DNA of 64,000 nucleotides, from positions 1,408,001 to 1,472,000 of the forward strand of contig JASGHG010000001.1 of the NCBI GenBank assembly GCA_047602425.1, in the 5' to 3' direction. This document shows positions 19,126-28,931 of this stretch, one piece after another. The notes beneath the pieces were generated by a model that searched no databases, was not told where the DNA came from, and saw nothing but the letters and a program-made list of their open reading frames with translations. This DNA is from Nibricoccus sp. (lineage in GTDB: Bacteria; Verrucomicrobiota; Verrucomicrobiia; Opitutales; Opitutaceae). Both the position numbers and the translations under genes were made by a program. Within the stretch, counting starts at the first letter, position 1, and each line of letters starts with the position of its first letter.

Positions 19126-20244
19126 ATGTCAGAAGTAACTACGTCCGGCGAAGCCTCGGTGGCCCCCGTCGAGACTCCCAGCGCGCCGCCCGCCCCTGTT
19201 CCCGCTTTCGGAAACAGCCGTGGATCGGGTTTGGCGCGCGGCAAGCGCCCCAGCGCCTCCGCCCCCGCCACCAAAGAAGCCGCCTCCGGCAACTACCAAC
19301 CGACCTCCATACAGGTCGTTAACCACCAGCGAGAGTACAAAAATCCGTTCGCTCCCGAGCCCGCCTCCACTCCTGCCGCCACCGAAACCGCCGCAGTGAA
19401 GACAGAACAGCCCGTCGCAAACGTTCCCGCAGAGCAATCCGCTCCCGCCGCCCCGGCCCCCGTCGCTTCCGTGACCCCGGCCGCAGTCGAAACCAACACG
19501 CCCGCTCCTCAAGCGGCCGTAGAACCCAAAGCCGAACTCAAGATCCTTCCTCCGGAGGAAAAACCCCGCCCCGCCCAAAGCTGGGAAATTGGCGGTTCGT
19601 CTTCTCAACCAACTTCCACCTCCAACACCGGTTCTCGTCGCGAAGGCCGTCCAGACTTCCGTTCCGAGCGCCGCGAACCGCGTCAGGAACGCGGTGAATT
19701 CCGTCCGCGCGAGCGCCGGGAAGGCGATCGTCGCGAGCAATCCGGCGAACAACGTCGCGAAGGCGGCGAGCAGCGCCGTGAACAACGCACGTTTGAACCG
19801 AAGCCCACGCCCGCCGTCACAGAAGCTAAAAAATCCGGCTTCCTCGGCTGGCTAAAAGGTCTTTTCGGCGGCGACACGACCGAACAAACCCAAGCCAAGC
19901 CTGAACAACGCCAAGACGGACGTTCTGGCGACGGTCGGCGTTACGAGGGCAATCGCGGCGGCCGTCATCACCATCGCGGTGGACACGGTCGCGGCGGCTA
20001 TCGAGGCGACAATCGCGGCGGAAACCGTCCACAGTTCGGTTCCGGTCCAGAAGGTCACGGCCAGCATCAAGGCGGCCCAAATCCTGAATCGCACGGCCAT
20101 AGCGGCGAGCAGCGTCGTTTCGACGATGGCAATCGTGGCGGCGGTCGTCGTCATCACCGCGGCGGACGCGGTCGTTTCCGCGGCGACAATCGCGGCGGCG
20201 AACATCGCTCCGACAGCGGCCCGTCGAACGGAGCGACCAGTTAA
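19126..20244 (+). CDS. Intrinsically disordered Pro/Ala- then Arg/Gly-rich protein with an amphipathic helix
   Basis: Low-complexity ORF with host-like codon usage; GFLGWLKGLFGG followed by RGG/RRHHRGG tracts. Confidence 0.75.
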   Translation: MSEVTTSGEASVAPVETPSAPPAPVPAFGNSRGSGLARGKRPSASAPATKEAASGNYQPTSIQVVNHQREYKNPFAPEPASTPAATETAAVKTEQPVANVPAEQSAPAAPAPVASVTPAAVETNTPAPQAAVEPKAELKILPPEEKPRPAQSWEIGGSSSQPTSTSNTGSRREGRPDFRSERREPRQERGEFRPRERREGDRREQSGEQRREGGEQRREQRTFEPKPTPAVTEAKKSGFLGWLKGLFGGDTTEQTQAKPEQRQDGRSGDGRRYEGNRGGRHHHRGGHGRGGYRGDNRGGNRPQFGSGPEGHGQHQGGPNPESHGHSGEQRRFDDGNRGGGRRHHRGGRGRFRGDNRGGEHRSDSGPSNGATS

Positions 20245-20366
20245 ACCTTGCCAAAGCAGCCCCCGCTGCACGCATTTCAAGGCGTTCGTTTCGACGAACG
20301 CCTTTTTTATTTCCGGCGCACGCGCGCCAGCTTAGCTTTTCCGCAACCAACTCGCACCTCGCCCTC

Positions 20367-21656
20367 ATGGCCGATCTCATTGTCAACGGCGGCAAGCCTC
20401 TTTCCGGTACGATCACTCCGTCCGGCAACAAAAATTCCGCGCTCCCTATCGTCTGCGCCTCGTTGCTCACCGACGAACCGGTCACGCTGCAAAACGTACC
20501 CGAGATAACCGATATCGGCAAAATCGTGGCGTTCATGACCTCCCAAGGTTCGCGCGTCGATTGGAATAAAGCCACCGGCGAGATGCGGCTCGATCATTCC
20601 GGTTTCAGGAACACGCTTCTCAATTACGAGCTGCCGCAGGATATGCGTTCCACGGTGTTGCTTTATCCCGCGCTTCTGCGTCGCGTGAAAAAACTCTGCA
20701 TCAGCGCCAATGCCACCGGCTGCTCGCTCGGCGTGCGCGAGATCGATCCGCACCTTGAAATCTTTGCCAAGCTCGGCGCCCGCGTTACACCGGGCGAACC
20801 ACTCGTGATCGAGTTGCCCGATCGTTTTAAAGGCGATCGCCACTGGTGCGATTACATGTCGGTCACCGTCACGGAAAATTTCGTGATGTGCGCCGCCCTC
20901 GCAAAAGGCGCGTCGACGCTCATCAACGCCGCCAGTGAACCGCACGTCCAGGACCTCTGCGCTTTCCTGGTTTCGATGGGCGCGAAAATTGAAGGCATCG
21001 GGACCAGCATGCTCCGCGTCGAGGGCATTGACCGGCTCCGCGGCACCACCGCCACGATCAATACCGATTATCACGAGGTCGTCACCTTCCTCGCGCTCGG
21101 CGCGATCACGGGCGGCGAGGTCCGGGTCAAGCATTCGCTTCCGCACCACTTCGATTTGATCACGCGCGCGTTTAAAAAACTCGGCGTCGTCATCGAGCAC
21201 GAAGGCGATACCGCCGTCGTCCGGCGAAATCAGTCGCTCGTTATCGAACAACCCTACACCACTAATCTGTTGCCAAAAATCGAAGCCGCGCCGTGGCCGT
21301 ATTTCTCCGTGGATCTCCTGCCTCTCATGATCGCCCTGAGCACGCGCGCCAACGGTACGATTCTATTTTGGAACAAAGTTTACGAAAATGGATTCTCATG
21401 GATGCCTGAGCTCGCGAAATTCGGCGCCCATGTCGTCGTCAACGACCCGCACCGCATTGTGATCTTTGGCAATCGCCCTCTCCGTCCAACGATCGTCGAC
21501 GCGCCCTATGTCATTCGCGCGACCATCGCGCTTTACATGGTCGCCGCGAGCATCCCCGGCCGCAGCATTGTGAAAAACGCCGACACGATCAAACGCGCCC
21601 ACCCGCGCTTTGTCGAAAATCTCCGCGCCCTCGGCGCCGAAGTGGAGTGGAAATAA
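20367..21656 (+). CDS. murA: UDP-N-acetylglucosamine 1-carboxyvinyltransferase
   Basis: [34 protein letters not shown]. Confidence 0.9.
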   Translation: MADLIVNGGKPLSGTITPSGNKNSALPIVCASLLTDEPVTLQNVPEITDIGKIVAFMTSQGSRVDWNKATGEMRLDHSGFRNTLLNYELPQDMRSTVLLYPALLRRVKKLCISANATGCSLGVREIDPHLEIFAKLGARVTPGEPLVIELPDRFKGDRHWCDYMSVTVTENFVMCAALAKGASTLINAASEPHVQDLCAFLVSMGAKIEGIGTSMLRVEGIDRLRGTTATINTDYHEVVTFLALGAITGGEVRVKHSLPHHFDLITRAFKKLGVVIEHEGDTAVVRRNQSLVIEQPYTTNLLPKIEAAPWPYFSVDLLPLMIALSTRANGTILFWNKVYENGFSWMPELAKFGAHVVVNDPHRIVIFGNRPLRPTIVDAPYVIRATIALYMVAASIPGRSIVKNADTIKRAHPRFVENLRALGAEVEWK

Positions 21657-21660
21657 CCCA

Positions 21661-22707
21661 ATGCCCGCCGCATCTGATTCGTCCTCCAAAGGTGTCAATT
21701 TCCTGACCAACACCCTTGCTACGCCCGTGTCTCCCGCCGAGGCGGCGCTGCGTCCGCTGTCATTCGCCGATTTCACCGGGCAACCCAAAACCGTCGAACG
21801 TTTACAGGTTATGGTTGGTGCGGCAAAACGTCGCGGCGACCCGCTTAATCACGTCCTTCTCAGCGGCCCGCCTGGACTGGGCAAGACCACGCTCGCCTTC
21901 ATCCTCGGCCAGGAGCTCGGCAAAAATGTCCGCGTCACCTCGGGCCCCGTCGTCGAAAAAGCCGGCGACCTCGCCGGTCTTCTCACCAATTTGGAAGAAG
22001 GCGACATCCTTTTCATCGACGAAATCCACCGCATTCCGAAAACCGTGGAAGAGTATCTTTATTCGGCGATGGAGGATTTTCGCCTCGATATCATGATCGA
22101 TCAAGGGCCCAACGCCCGCAGCGTACGTCTCTCGATCCCCCGTTTCACCCTCGTCGGCGCCACTACGCGCGCCGGCCTTCTCACCGCTCCGCTCCGTTCG
22201 CGTTTCACGCTGCAAACACGCCTCGACTATTACGACGCCGACACGCTTACCGGCATCGTCAAACGCAGCTGCGGTCTGCTCAAAGTCGACATCGACGACA
22301 CTGGGGCCCGCGAAATAGCCACGCGCTCGCGCGGCACCCCTCGTGTAACCAATAATTTGATCCATTTTGTCCGCGATTTCGCCCAGGAACGCGCCAAGGG
22401 CAAAATCACGCAGTCCGTCGCCGCCGCCGCACTCGAACTTTTGGAAATCGACGCCGCCGGGCTCGACGAAATGGACAAACGCATGCTCCGCATCATGGCC
22501 GAAAACTACCGCGGCGGCCCCGTCGGCATGAGCACCATCGCCGTGGCTGTAGGTGAAGAAGCCGAGACGCTCGAAGAAGTGCATGAGCCATTTTTGATTC
22601 AGGAAGGTTATCTCCAGCGCACTCCGCAGGGCCGCGTGCTCACTCCCAAGGGCTACAACGCCATTGGCATGAAGTCCGCCACGGGCGGGCAGGCCACGTT
22701 GCTCTAG
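21661..22707 (+). CDS. ruvB: Holliday junction branch migration helicase RuvB
   Basis: [37 protein letters not shown]. Confidence 0.97.
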   Translation: MPAASDSSSKGVNFLTNTLATPVSPAEAALRPLSFADFTGQPKTVERLQVMVGAAKRRGDPLNHVLLSGPPGLGKTTLAFILGQELGKNVRVTSGPVVEKAGDLAGLLTNLEEGDILFIDEIHRIPKTVEEYLYSAMEDFRLDIMIDQGPNARSVRLSIPRFTLVGATTRAGLLTAPLRSRFTLQTRLDYYDADTLTGIVKRSCGLLKVDIDDTGAREIATRSRGTPRVTNNLIHFVRDFAQERAKGKITQSVAAAALELLEIDAAGLDEMDKRMLRIMAENYRGGPVGMSTIAVAVGEEAETLEEVHEPFLIQEGYLQRTPQGRVLTPKGYNAIGMKSATGGQATLL

Positions 22708-22722
22708 GTCAAACCCGAACTA

Positions 22723-22843
22723 TTTTACAGAAGGTAAAAAAGGAAACGAAGCACTGCAAGTGCGCTTCGTCATCTTCCAAGCCATGGAACTTGGGTACAG
22801 AAACACCTGCATCGCTTCGTTCCCTTCGTTCTCTTCTGTAAAA
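22723..22843. repeat. ~120 bp MITE-like element with 30 bp imperfect terminal inverted repeats
   Basis: TTTTACAGAAGGTAAAAAAGGAAACGAAGC ... GCTTCGTTCCCTTCGTTCTCTTCTGTAAAA; related copy at 44249. Confidence 0.65.
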
Positions 22844-22942
22844 AGATTCCGGTCGTTACCTCAATTTCACACGGAGCGATTCGGCTCGTCAGGAAAAGGC
22901 TCGAAGCTCTTTCGCGTTCGTTCATGTTTCATTGTCATGCGC

Positions 22943-23983
22943 ATGTCACACTCCCTCCTTTTTGTCGCCGCCATGTTTTGTTCCTCGCTTTCTGTTTTCG
23001 CGTGGGACTACGAAGGCCACCGCACGATCAATCTGCTCGCGGTCGAATCCTTGCCTACGGATTTTCCGGCCTTCGCAAAAACGCCCGAAGCCCGCGAACG
23101 CATCGGCTTCCTCGCCGGCGAACCCGACCGCTGGCGCAATGTCCCGGATCTCGCTTTGCGCCACGCCGGTGGTCCCGACCACTACATTGACATTGAAGAA
23201 CTGGAGGACGCCGGTCTCGCTCCCGCCGAACTCAACGAATTCCGCCATCTCTACACCGTGCAATACGCCGCTGGCCGCGCCGCGCACCCCGACCGTTTTG
23301 CCCCGATCGACCCGGAGAAAAACAAGGATCATGTCCGCGAACTCGCCGGTTACCTGCCTTGGTCGATAACCGAATGTTATGCCCGTCTTAAATCCGGGTT
23401 TTCCTATCTGAAAGCCTTCGAAGAGCGCGGCGGCACACCCGAGGAAATCGCCAATGCCAAGGCCAACATCATCTACCTCATGGGCGTGATGGGGCACTAC
23501 GTCGGCGACGGCGCTCAACCGCTCCATACCACTAAACATTTCAATGGTTGGGCGGGCGAAAATCCGAAAGGCTACACCACGGCACGCACATTTCACGGCT
23601 GGATTGACTCCGGTTTTCTCAACAAAACCGGCGGCATTTCGGCCGCAAAACTCATCACCCGGATTAAACCCGCCGCTTATCTGCCGCCCCCGGCAAATGC
23701 CAATGGCCGCAGTCCGCTTTTTGTAAACGTCCTCAACTACATCATGGCCCAGCAAAAGCAGGTCGAGCCGCTCTATGCGCTGGAAAAAGCGGGAAAACTC
23801 TCCCCTGAAAAACCGGAATCCGCCGAAGGTCGAACTTTCCTCGAGGAACAAATTCTCGTCGCCGGCAACATGCTCGGGAGCCTCTGGGTGACAGCTTGGA
23901 AAGAAGCCCCGATCGACACCTATCTCATTTCGACGCTCGAGCAACGCAAGGCAGCCGCAGCCGCCGCGCATCCCGCGCCATAA
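22943..23983 (+). CDS. Secreted S1/P1 nuclease or Zn-dependent phospholipase C-like protein
   Basis: Signal peptide then W-D-Y-E-G-H N-terminus; PDRWR, HYID, HYVGDGAQPLH. Confidence 0.8.
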   Translation: MSHSLLFVAAMFCSSLSVFAWDYEGHRTINLLAVESLPTDFPAFAKTPEARERIGFLAGEPDRWRNVPDLALRHAGGPDHYIDIEELEDAGLAPAELNEFRHLYTVQYAAGRAAHPDRFAPIDPEKNKDHVRELAGYLPWSITECYARLKSGFSYLKAFEERGGTPEEIANAKANIIYLMGVMGHYVGDGAQPLHTTKHFNGWAGENPKGYTTARTFHGWIDSGFLNKTGGISAAKLITRIKPAAYLPPPANANGRSPLFVNVLNYIMAQQKQVEPLYALEKAGKLSPEKPESAEGRTFLEEQILVAGNMLGSLWVTAWKEAPIDTYLISTLEQRKAAAAAAHPAP

Positions 23984-24047
23984 AGAGGTCTAGAGCACAT
24001 ACAATAAAACCGTAGCCGTAAACGGTGTTATGAACCGAGCTGCCTTC

Positions 24048-24116
24048 GTAGGGGCGCAGTCTTGCTGCGCCCTTTCTGCGGCAGCCAAACCGGGCGCAGC
24101 AAGACTGCGCTCCTAC
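24048..24116. repeat. GTAG-type REP inverted doublet
   Basis: GTAGGGGCGCAGTCTTGCTGCGCCC ... GGGCGCAGCAAGACTGCGCTCCTAC. Confidence 0.75.
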
Positions 24117-24179
24117 ACCCGGAGTTGTGCGGCTATGACTCACAGCCCGAGATCCTCGCGGGAATACTCCCACCGGGGG

Positions 24180-25241
24180 CTACTTGCTGTTTTGCGAAGC
24201 CCGCAATGGGCTCAGCGTCGCGCCGTAAGCGCGTATGCCTTTCGCAATCGACTCGGCGATTTCCTGGCGGTATTCGCCGGTTGAGATTTTGCGGGCCTCC
24301 ATCTCGCTCGAAAGAAACCCCGCTTCGACCAGTAGGCCCGGGCAGTTCAAGCTGCGCAAGACGCCGAAGTGGGCGATTTTTTTCCCGCGATCGAAGGTCT
24401 TCAGCGTGCCGATCATTTCGCGATGCATGAAATAGGCGACGAGCGAACTCCAATGATCGTATTTATTGACGGGCGAAGGATCGTTTTCGGTATCGTCAAC
24501 CCTGCCGCCCGAAGCGTCGGTCGAACAGACTCCCGCTGGCGCGAAGGTGAAAATCTCAACGCCGTGCGTCTTGGTGTCGCGAGGAAGCGAATTGAAATGA
24601 ATGCTGACAAACAGGTCCGCGCCATAAGTATTGGCGGTAACAGATCGTATCGGTAACTCGATTTTTGTATCTGTCTCACGGGTCAGGATGACTTTAAATC
24701 CCTCGAGGCGCAGGATGCGGGCAAGGCGGACGGCCACATCCATCGTGAGCTTTTTCTCCATCAGACCGAGGCGGGTATTTTGCGCGCCGTTGTCAACGCC
24801 ACCATGGCCTGGATCAATGGCAATAACCCGGAGATCGGGCACGGAAGCTTGAAGGTATCCAGGACGCAGAATCGGACCAATGAGGCGCTCGGCGTCGACC
24901 CGGCTCAAATAGGGAACGCGTCTTTCAACGCGGCAGGGCTCGCCAAGGAGAATACGCAGGCCGTTGATTTCCGCTTCGCGCGAGTCGTTGGCGAGTTCGA
25001 TTTTCCAACGTTCATTTTGCAGCAGCAGACGTTCGTCGCGTTTCAACCAAGTGCCGCGAAGACCCCAACGTTTTTCCAAATCGGCGATGGGGACATATTC
25101 GACACCGCCAATTTTCACCGTGGTCGCACTGCGCTTGGGCGGCATCCGGAGCGGCTGCGAATGCGGCGACTGAGCGGCAGCTTCGAGAGCAAGGCTTACC
25201 AGCACGATCAGGAGCAAAAGTTGCTTCTTGAGGGCTGGCAC
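24180..25241 (-). CDS. N-acetylmuramoyl-L-alanine amidase (Amidase_3)
   Basis: IDPGHGG.D.GA, EK, LFVSIHFNS, LVEAGFLS. Confidence 0.9.
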   Translation of the reverse strand: MPALKKQLLLLIVLVSLALEAAAQSPHSQPLRMPPKRSATTVKIGGVEYVPIADLEKRWGLRGTWLKRDERLLLQNERWKIELANDSREAEINGLRILLGEPCRVERRVPYLSRVDAERLIGPILRPGYLQASVPDLRVIAIDPGHGGVDNGAQNTRLGLMEKKLTMDVAVRLARILRLEGFKVILTRETDTKIELPIRSVTANTYGADLFVSIHFNSLPRDTKTHGVEIFTFAPAGVCSTDASGGRVDDTENDPSPVNKYDHWSSLVAYFMHREMIGTLKTFDRGKKIAHFGVLRSLNCPGLLVEAGFLSSEMEARKISTGEYRQEIAESIAKGIRAYGATLSPLRASQNSK

Positions 25242-25292
25242 GTCGTTCAGGTGGTGTGCGAAATTACGAACAGCGGGCGTCGAGGACGCCGT

Positions 25293-25949
25293 TTATTCCT
25301 GCTCGTCCTCGTCATCCGCCACATGCTCGGCAGTGTTCTTGTCACGCGTGTGGAGCTTGGGCTTGCGCTTGTTGACCGGCAGCGGTGTGAGCATGACGTT
25401 GATCTGTTTGCCGAGAAGCTTTGGTTCGCTATCGGGATGCCCCATGTTCTCGAGTTCGGAGAGAGCGCGTTTGATGACGTCGAAACCGATTTCGGTGTGA
25501 GCCATTTCGCGGCCGCGGAACTTGAGGCGAAGTTTGACCTTGTTGCCATGGTCGAGGAACTCCTCGGCATGACGGAGCTTGGTCATAAAGTCGTTGGGCT
25601 CGATGCGGGCGCTGAATTCGATTTCCTTGATCTTGCTCGCCGTGGCCTTCGCGTGGGAATGCTTCTTCTGTTCCTCGTAGACGTATTTGCCGAAATCCAT
25701 GATGCGGCAAACGGGAGGCTGGGCGTTCGGCGCCACTTCGACAAGGTCGAGACCGTACTGGACGGCGAGTTGGAGCGCCTTCTCGGTGGGCAAAATTCCG
25801 AGTTGGGTGCCTTCGGGGCTGATCACGCGAATCGACGGAACCTTGATGCGTTGGTTGCGGCGGATGCTCGCAAACGGGTCGTTGTTGGTACGACGCTGGT
25901 ACTGACCGGGGCGGGAGCTGCTGCTCGATGAGGGGAACGAATTAGCCAT
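25293..25949 (-). CDS. infC: Translation initiation factor IF-3
   Basis: NQRI..IRVI..G.QLG, LDLVEVAP.A.PPVCRIMDFGK, KVK..FRGRE. Confidence 0.95.
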   Translation of the reverse strand: MANSFPSSSSSSRPGQYQRRTNNDPFASIRRNQRIKVPSIRVISPEGTQLGILPTEKALQLAVQYGLDLVEVAPNAQPPVCRIMDFGKYVYEEQKKHSHAKATASKIKEIEFSARIEPNDFMTKLRHAEEFLDHGNKVKLRLKFRGREMAHTEIGFDVIKRALSELENMGHPDSEPKLLGKQINVMLTPLPVNKRKPKLHTRDKNTAEHVADDEDEQE

Positions 25950-26089
25950 CAATAATTAGGTTTTCTTGGATTAAGTCGGAATTCTTTTCGCTGGGAAGGC
26001 GCTGGCTGACAACACCTATTTAGCTGGGATGCGCAGGTTTCACGTTCCTTAACTCCCGGCGAAAAACAGGTTTTGCGGGCCGGTCGGTA

Positions 26090-26512
26090 TCATACGCTGA
26101 AGCTTTCCCCGCAGGAACAGCTGGCTTTGGCGTTGGGATTAGTGAACTTGAAACCGCCGCCAATCATGCGATTGGAGTAATCCAAGACAGTGCCCTTCAA
26201 GTACAAAGCCGTTTTTGAATCAACGAGAACCGCGGTGCCAGCCGTGCGCACGAGGATGTCACCACGTTTCGGCTCGGGTGCGAACCGCAGCTTGTAACTG
26301 AGACCATTGCACCCGCCACCCGTGATGGCAATGCGCAGGTAATTGCCCTGCGAAGGATCGCGGGCGATCAGCGCTCGGGTCTTTTCTCCAGCCGGTTCGG
26401 TCAACCTCACCAATTGTTCACCGCCCTCGCGCACCCCCTCGGGAAGTGGCGTGGGCAAAATACCCGCCGGCATGCTGGCGGTGGAAACTGGTTTGGCTTC
26501 GGTCAATGACAT
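26090..26512 (-). CDS. HesB/IscA-family Fe-S assembly accessory protein
   Basis: GGGCNGLSY and NPNAKASCSCGESF. Confidence 0.92.
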   Translation of the reverse strand: MSLTEAKPVSTASMPAGILPTPLPEGVREGGEQLVRLTEPAGEKTRALIARDPSQGNYLRIAITGGGCNGLSYKLRFAPEPKRGDILVRTAGTAVLVDSKTALYLKGTVLDYSNRMIGGGFKFTNPNAKASCSCGESFSV

Positions 26513-26518
26513 CGGCCA

Positions 26519-27442
26519 CTATCGTCCGGAACGCAGATTTATCAAGCGGCGTGCCACAGTCACCGCGTTGGCAAAGCTTTGCGCGCTTGCCACGCCCTTT
26601 CCGGCGATGCCAAAGGCAGTACCGTGATCCGGACTTGTACGCACGTGGCGGAGGCCGAGCGTGACGTTCACCGCCTCGTCAAAGTCGATTGTTTTAAGGG
26701 GCGCGAGCCCCTGATCGTGGTACAACGCCACGATAACGTCGAATTCGCCCTTGAGCGAACGTCCGAAGACCGTATCCGCCGGTTCACTACGCGAAAGGCC
26801 GGGGTGTGAGGCGCGGAGACGGTCGAGCGCAGGATCCAAAATATCGCGCTCCTCGGCGCCGAGCAAACCGCCCTCCCCCGCATGGGGATTGAGCCCGCAA
26901 ACCGCAATACGCGGCGAAGAGAAACCGTCGGCCCGTGCCAGCTCGTCGGCCGCGCGAACGGCCCGGCCGATATTTACCTCCGTCAATTGATTCGGCACTT
27001 CGCGCAGCGGAATGTGCCAGCTGAGCAAGACTACCCGCAACCGCCCGCCGCAGAATGCCATCGTCGGCTCTCCGCCCCACCGGTCGGCAAAAAATTCAGT
27101 CTGGCCGGGAAAGGGATAGCCGGCTTTTTGCAGCCAGCTTTTGCTCACGGGTCCGGTGACAACACCGGTGAACTCGCCATCTTTCGTCCCCTTCGCAGCC
27201 CGTTCCATCGCAGCCAATGCGACCTGCGCGCCGACAACGGAAGGCTCGCCCGGCTTCGCGATAAAATCCGCGGGTCCCACCGGCACAGCCAGCGCACCGT
27301 GCAATGAAATCTTGTTCAACCAACTTGCAGGTCCAAGCAAGGTCGTGGCCGAAGCGTCGGCAGGATGGTTCTTCAACCAGGTCTCAATGATTTCCGGACC
27401 GACGCCAGCCGGGTCGCCGCAGGTCAGTGCGAGCCTATTCAT
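26519..27442 (-). CDS. pdxA: 4-hydroxythreonine-4-phosphate dehydrogenase PdxA family
   Basis: GDPAGVGPEI, GLNPHAGEGG, YHDQGL, RTSPDHGTAF. Confidence 0.93.
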   Translation of the reverse strand: MNRLALTCGDPAGVGPEIIETWLKNHPADASATTLLGPASWLNKISLHGALAVPVGPADFIAKPGEPSVVGAQVALAAMERAAKGTKDGEFTGVVTGPVSKSWLQKAGYPFPGQTEFFADRWGGEPTMAFCGGRLRVVLLSWHIPLREVPNQLTEVNIGRAVRAADELARADGFSSPRIAVCGLNPHAGEGGLLGAEERDILDPALDRLRASHPGLSRSEPADTVFGRSLKGEFDVIVALYHDQGLAPLKTIDFDEAVNVTLGLRHVRTSPDHGTAFGIAGKGVASAQSFANAVTVARRLINLRSGR

Positions 27443-28199
27443 CCCCGCTATCTCCGTTGGCAACGGCACGACGCGCACGGGCGAAACTGCGTTTGCCGCC
27501 CAGGAAAAATTCGAGGAACTGTTTCGCCTCCGTCGTGCCGTAGCCGCCCTTTTTGAGGGCAGTCTCAGCTACGTTGCGAATATTGCCGGGCGTGAAATAA
27601 ACCTCGTGAAACGCGCGCTTGAGTTCCACGACCGCAGCGCGACTGACACCCCGGCGTTTCAGGCCGACGAGATTGAGCCCAATCACATCGTCGCGTTCCG
27701 CGACCATCACGGAATGCGGTACGTCACGCGTGATCGAGGCGTTGCCCGCCACCATCACGCCTTCGCCGATGCGGCAGAATTGGTGAATTCCCACTCCTCC
27801 ACCGACAAAGGTGTTGTCGCCAATGCTGACATGGCCGGCCAGCATGACGTTGTTGCCCAGCACCACGTTTTTGCCGACGACGCAGTCGTGCGCCACGTGG
27901 ACGTTGGCCATGAGAAAACAACCTTCGCCAACCTCGGTAAAGCCCCCGGTTTTTGTGGAACGATTGACCGTAACGTGTTCGCGGAGCGTAGTGCCGGCGC
28001 CAATACGCACGCCGGATTCGGTCAGCCGGTCAAAGCGCAGGTCCTGCGGATCGCCGCCGATCACGGCATACGGGTGGACGGTGATGCGGTCGCCGAGCAA
28101 CGTGTGACGGCGTATGATGACGCCGGCATGCAGGTCGCAGTCGGAGCCAAGCTGTGCGTCGCGTTCGATGATGGCAGTCGGATGGATGGTGGTGGCCAC
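27435..28199 (-). CDS. lpxA: Acyl-ACP--UDP-GlcNAc O-acyltransferase
   Basis: Hexapeptide repeats, GGDPQDL, HVAHDC, LAGHV, HQF, GLNLVGLKRRG. Confidence 0.93.
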   Translation of the reverse strand: MATTIHPTAIIERDAQLGSDCDLHAGVIIRRHTLLGDRITVHPYAVIGGDPQDLRFDRLTESGVRIGAGTTLREHVTVNRSTKTGGFTEVGEGCFLMANVHVAHDCVVGKNVVLGNNVMLAGHVSIGDNTFVGGGVGIHQFCRIGEGVMVAGNASITRDVPHSVMVAERDDVIGLNLVGLKRRGVSRAAVVELKRAFHEVYFTPGNIRNVAETALKKGGYGTTEAKQFLEFFLGGKRSFARARRAVANGDSGDE

Positions 28200-28223
28200 G
28201 GTGCTTTGACGGTAATAAATAGT

Positions 28224-28877
28224 TTAGGTTTCAGAACGTCCGGCGCGTCGCGAGGGCGGCGGCGCGGCCGGAAGATCCAACTGGGCATCCTTCAGCAAGT
28301 CGTAGTTTTTCAGGATGCGCATCACGTGAAGCGTATCGCTTTTGATGTAGTTGCGGTTGACCTCGATCTTGTCGATGAGGTCGAGCAGCATCGACCGGAA
28401 CGAAATGATCGCGTCGACTCCGCGCTCTTTCAGCATCTGCACGCTTTGCGAGCGAAATGGTTCGGCAGTTGGCAGACTGGGCAGGACAAGGATTTTGGTT
28501 AGCGAGTCGGCACCCTCGGCGGGACCGCCGGCTTCATCGGCATCCGCCGGGAAAAAACGTGTGGCGTGTTTGAGCACGTTCTCCTCAAGGAAGCTGAAAA
28601 TTTCCGGCGAATTCTTCAGCATGCCGGGGGAAAAAACGTCGGAGTGCCAGCCTTTGACCGCGACCATTGCGCGATGGACGTTGGGGAGTTCGTTGGAAAA
28701 GAGAAAAAAATCCGGTTTGCGCGATCCGCGCTGGTACGCGGGATTATAGACAAGCAGATCGATTTCCTCGTCGCCGGTTTTGCGACGCGACTGCACTTGG
28801 TATTTGCGAACCTGGCGGACAAGAAATCCGTTTTGTTCGAAATACTCGCGAACAATGCCTTCGTCTATGGCGGCCAT
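28224..28877 (-). CDS. Hypothetical protein, possible PD-(D/E)XK-like fold
   Basis: E.IVREYFEQNGF...EIDLL...VAVKGW pattern. Confidence 0.7.
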   Translation of the reverse strand: MAAIDEGIVREYFEQNGFLVRQVRKYQVQSRRKTGDEEIDLLVYNPAYQRGSRKPDFFLFSNELPNVHRAMVAVKGWHSDVFSPGMLKNSPEIFSFLEENVLKHATRFFPADADEAGGPAEGADSLTKILVLPSLPTAEPFRSQSVQMLKERGVDAIISFRSMLLDLIDKIEVNRNYIKSDTLHVMRILKNYDLLKDAQLDLPAAPPPSRRAGRSET

Positions 28878-28931
28878 GGCGCTAGCATCGGGGAATCCGG
28901 CGTGGGAATCGAGGTTTTTCCCTCCGGCGCA

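Noticed and set aside
19126..20244. Translation initiation factor IF-2 or RNase E proper
   Set aside because: No GTPase or nuclease domain; only low-complexity similarity
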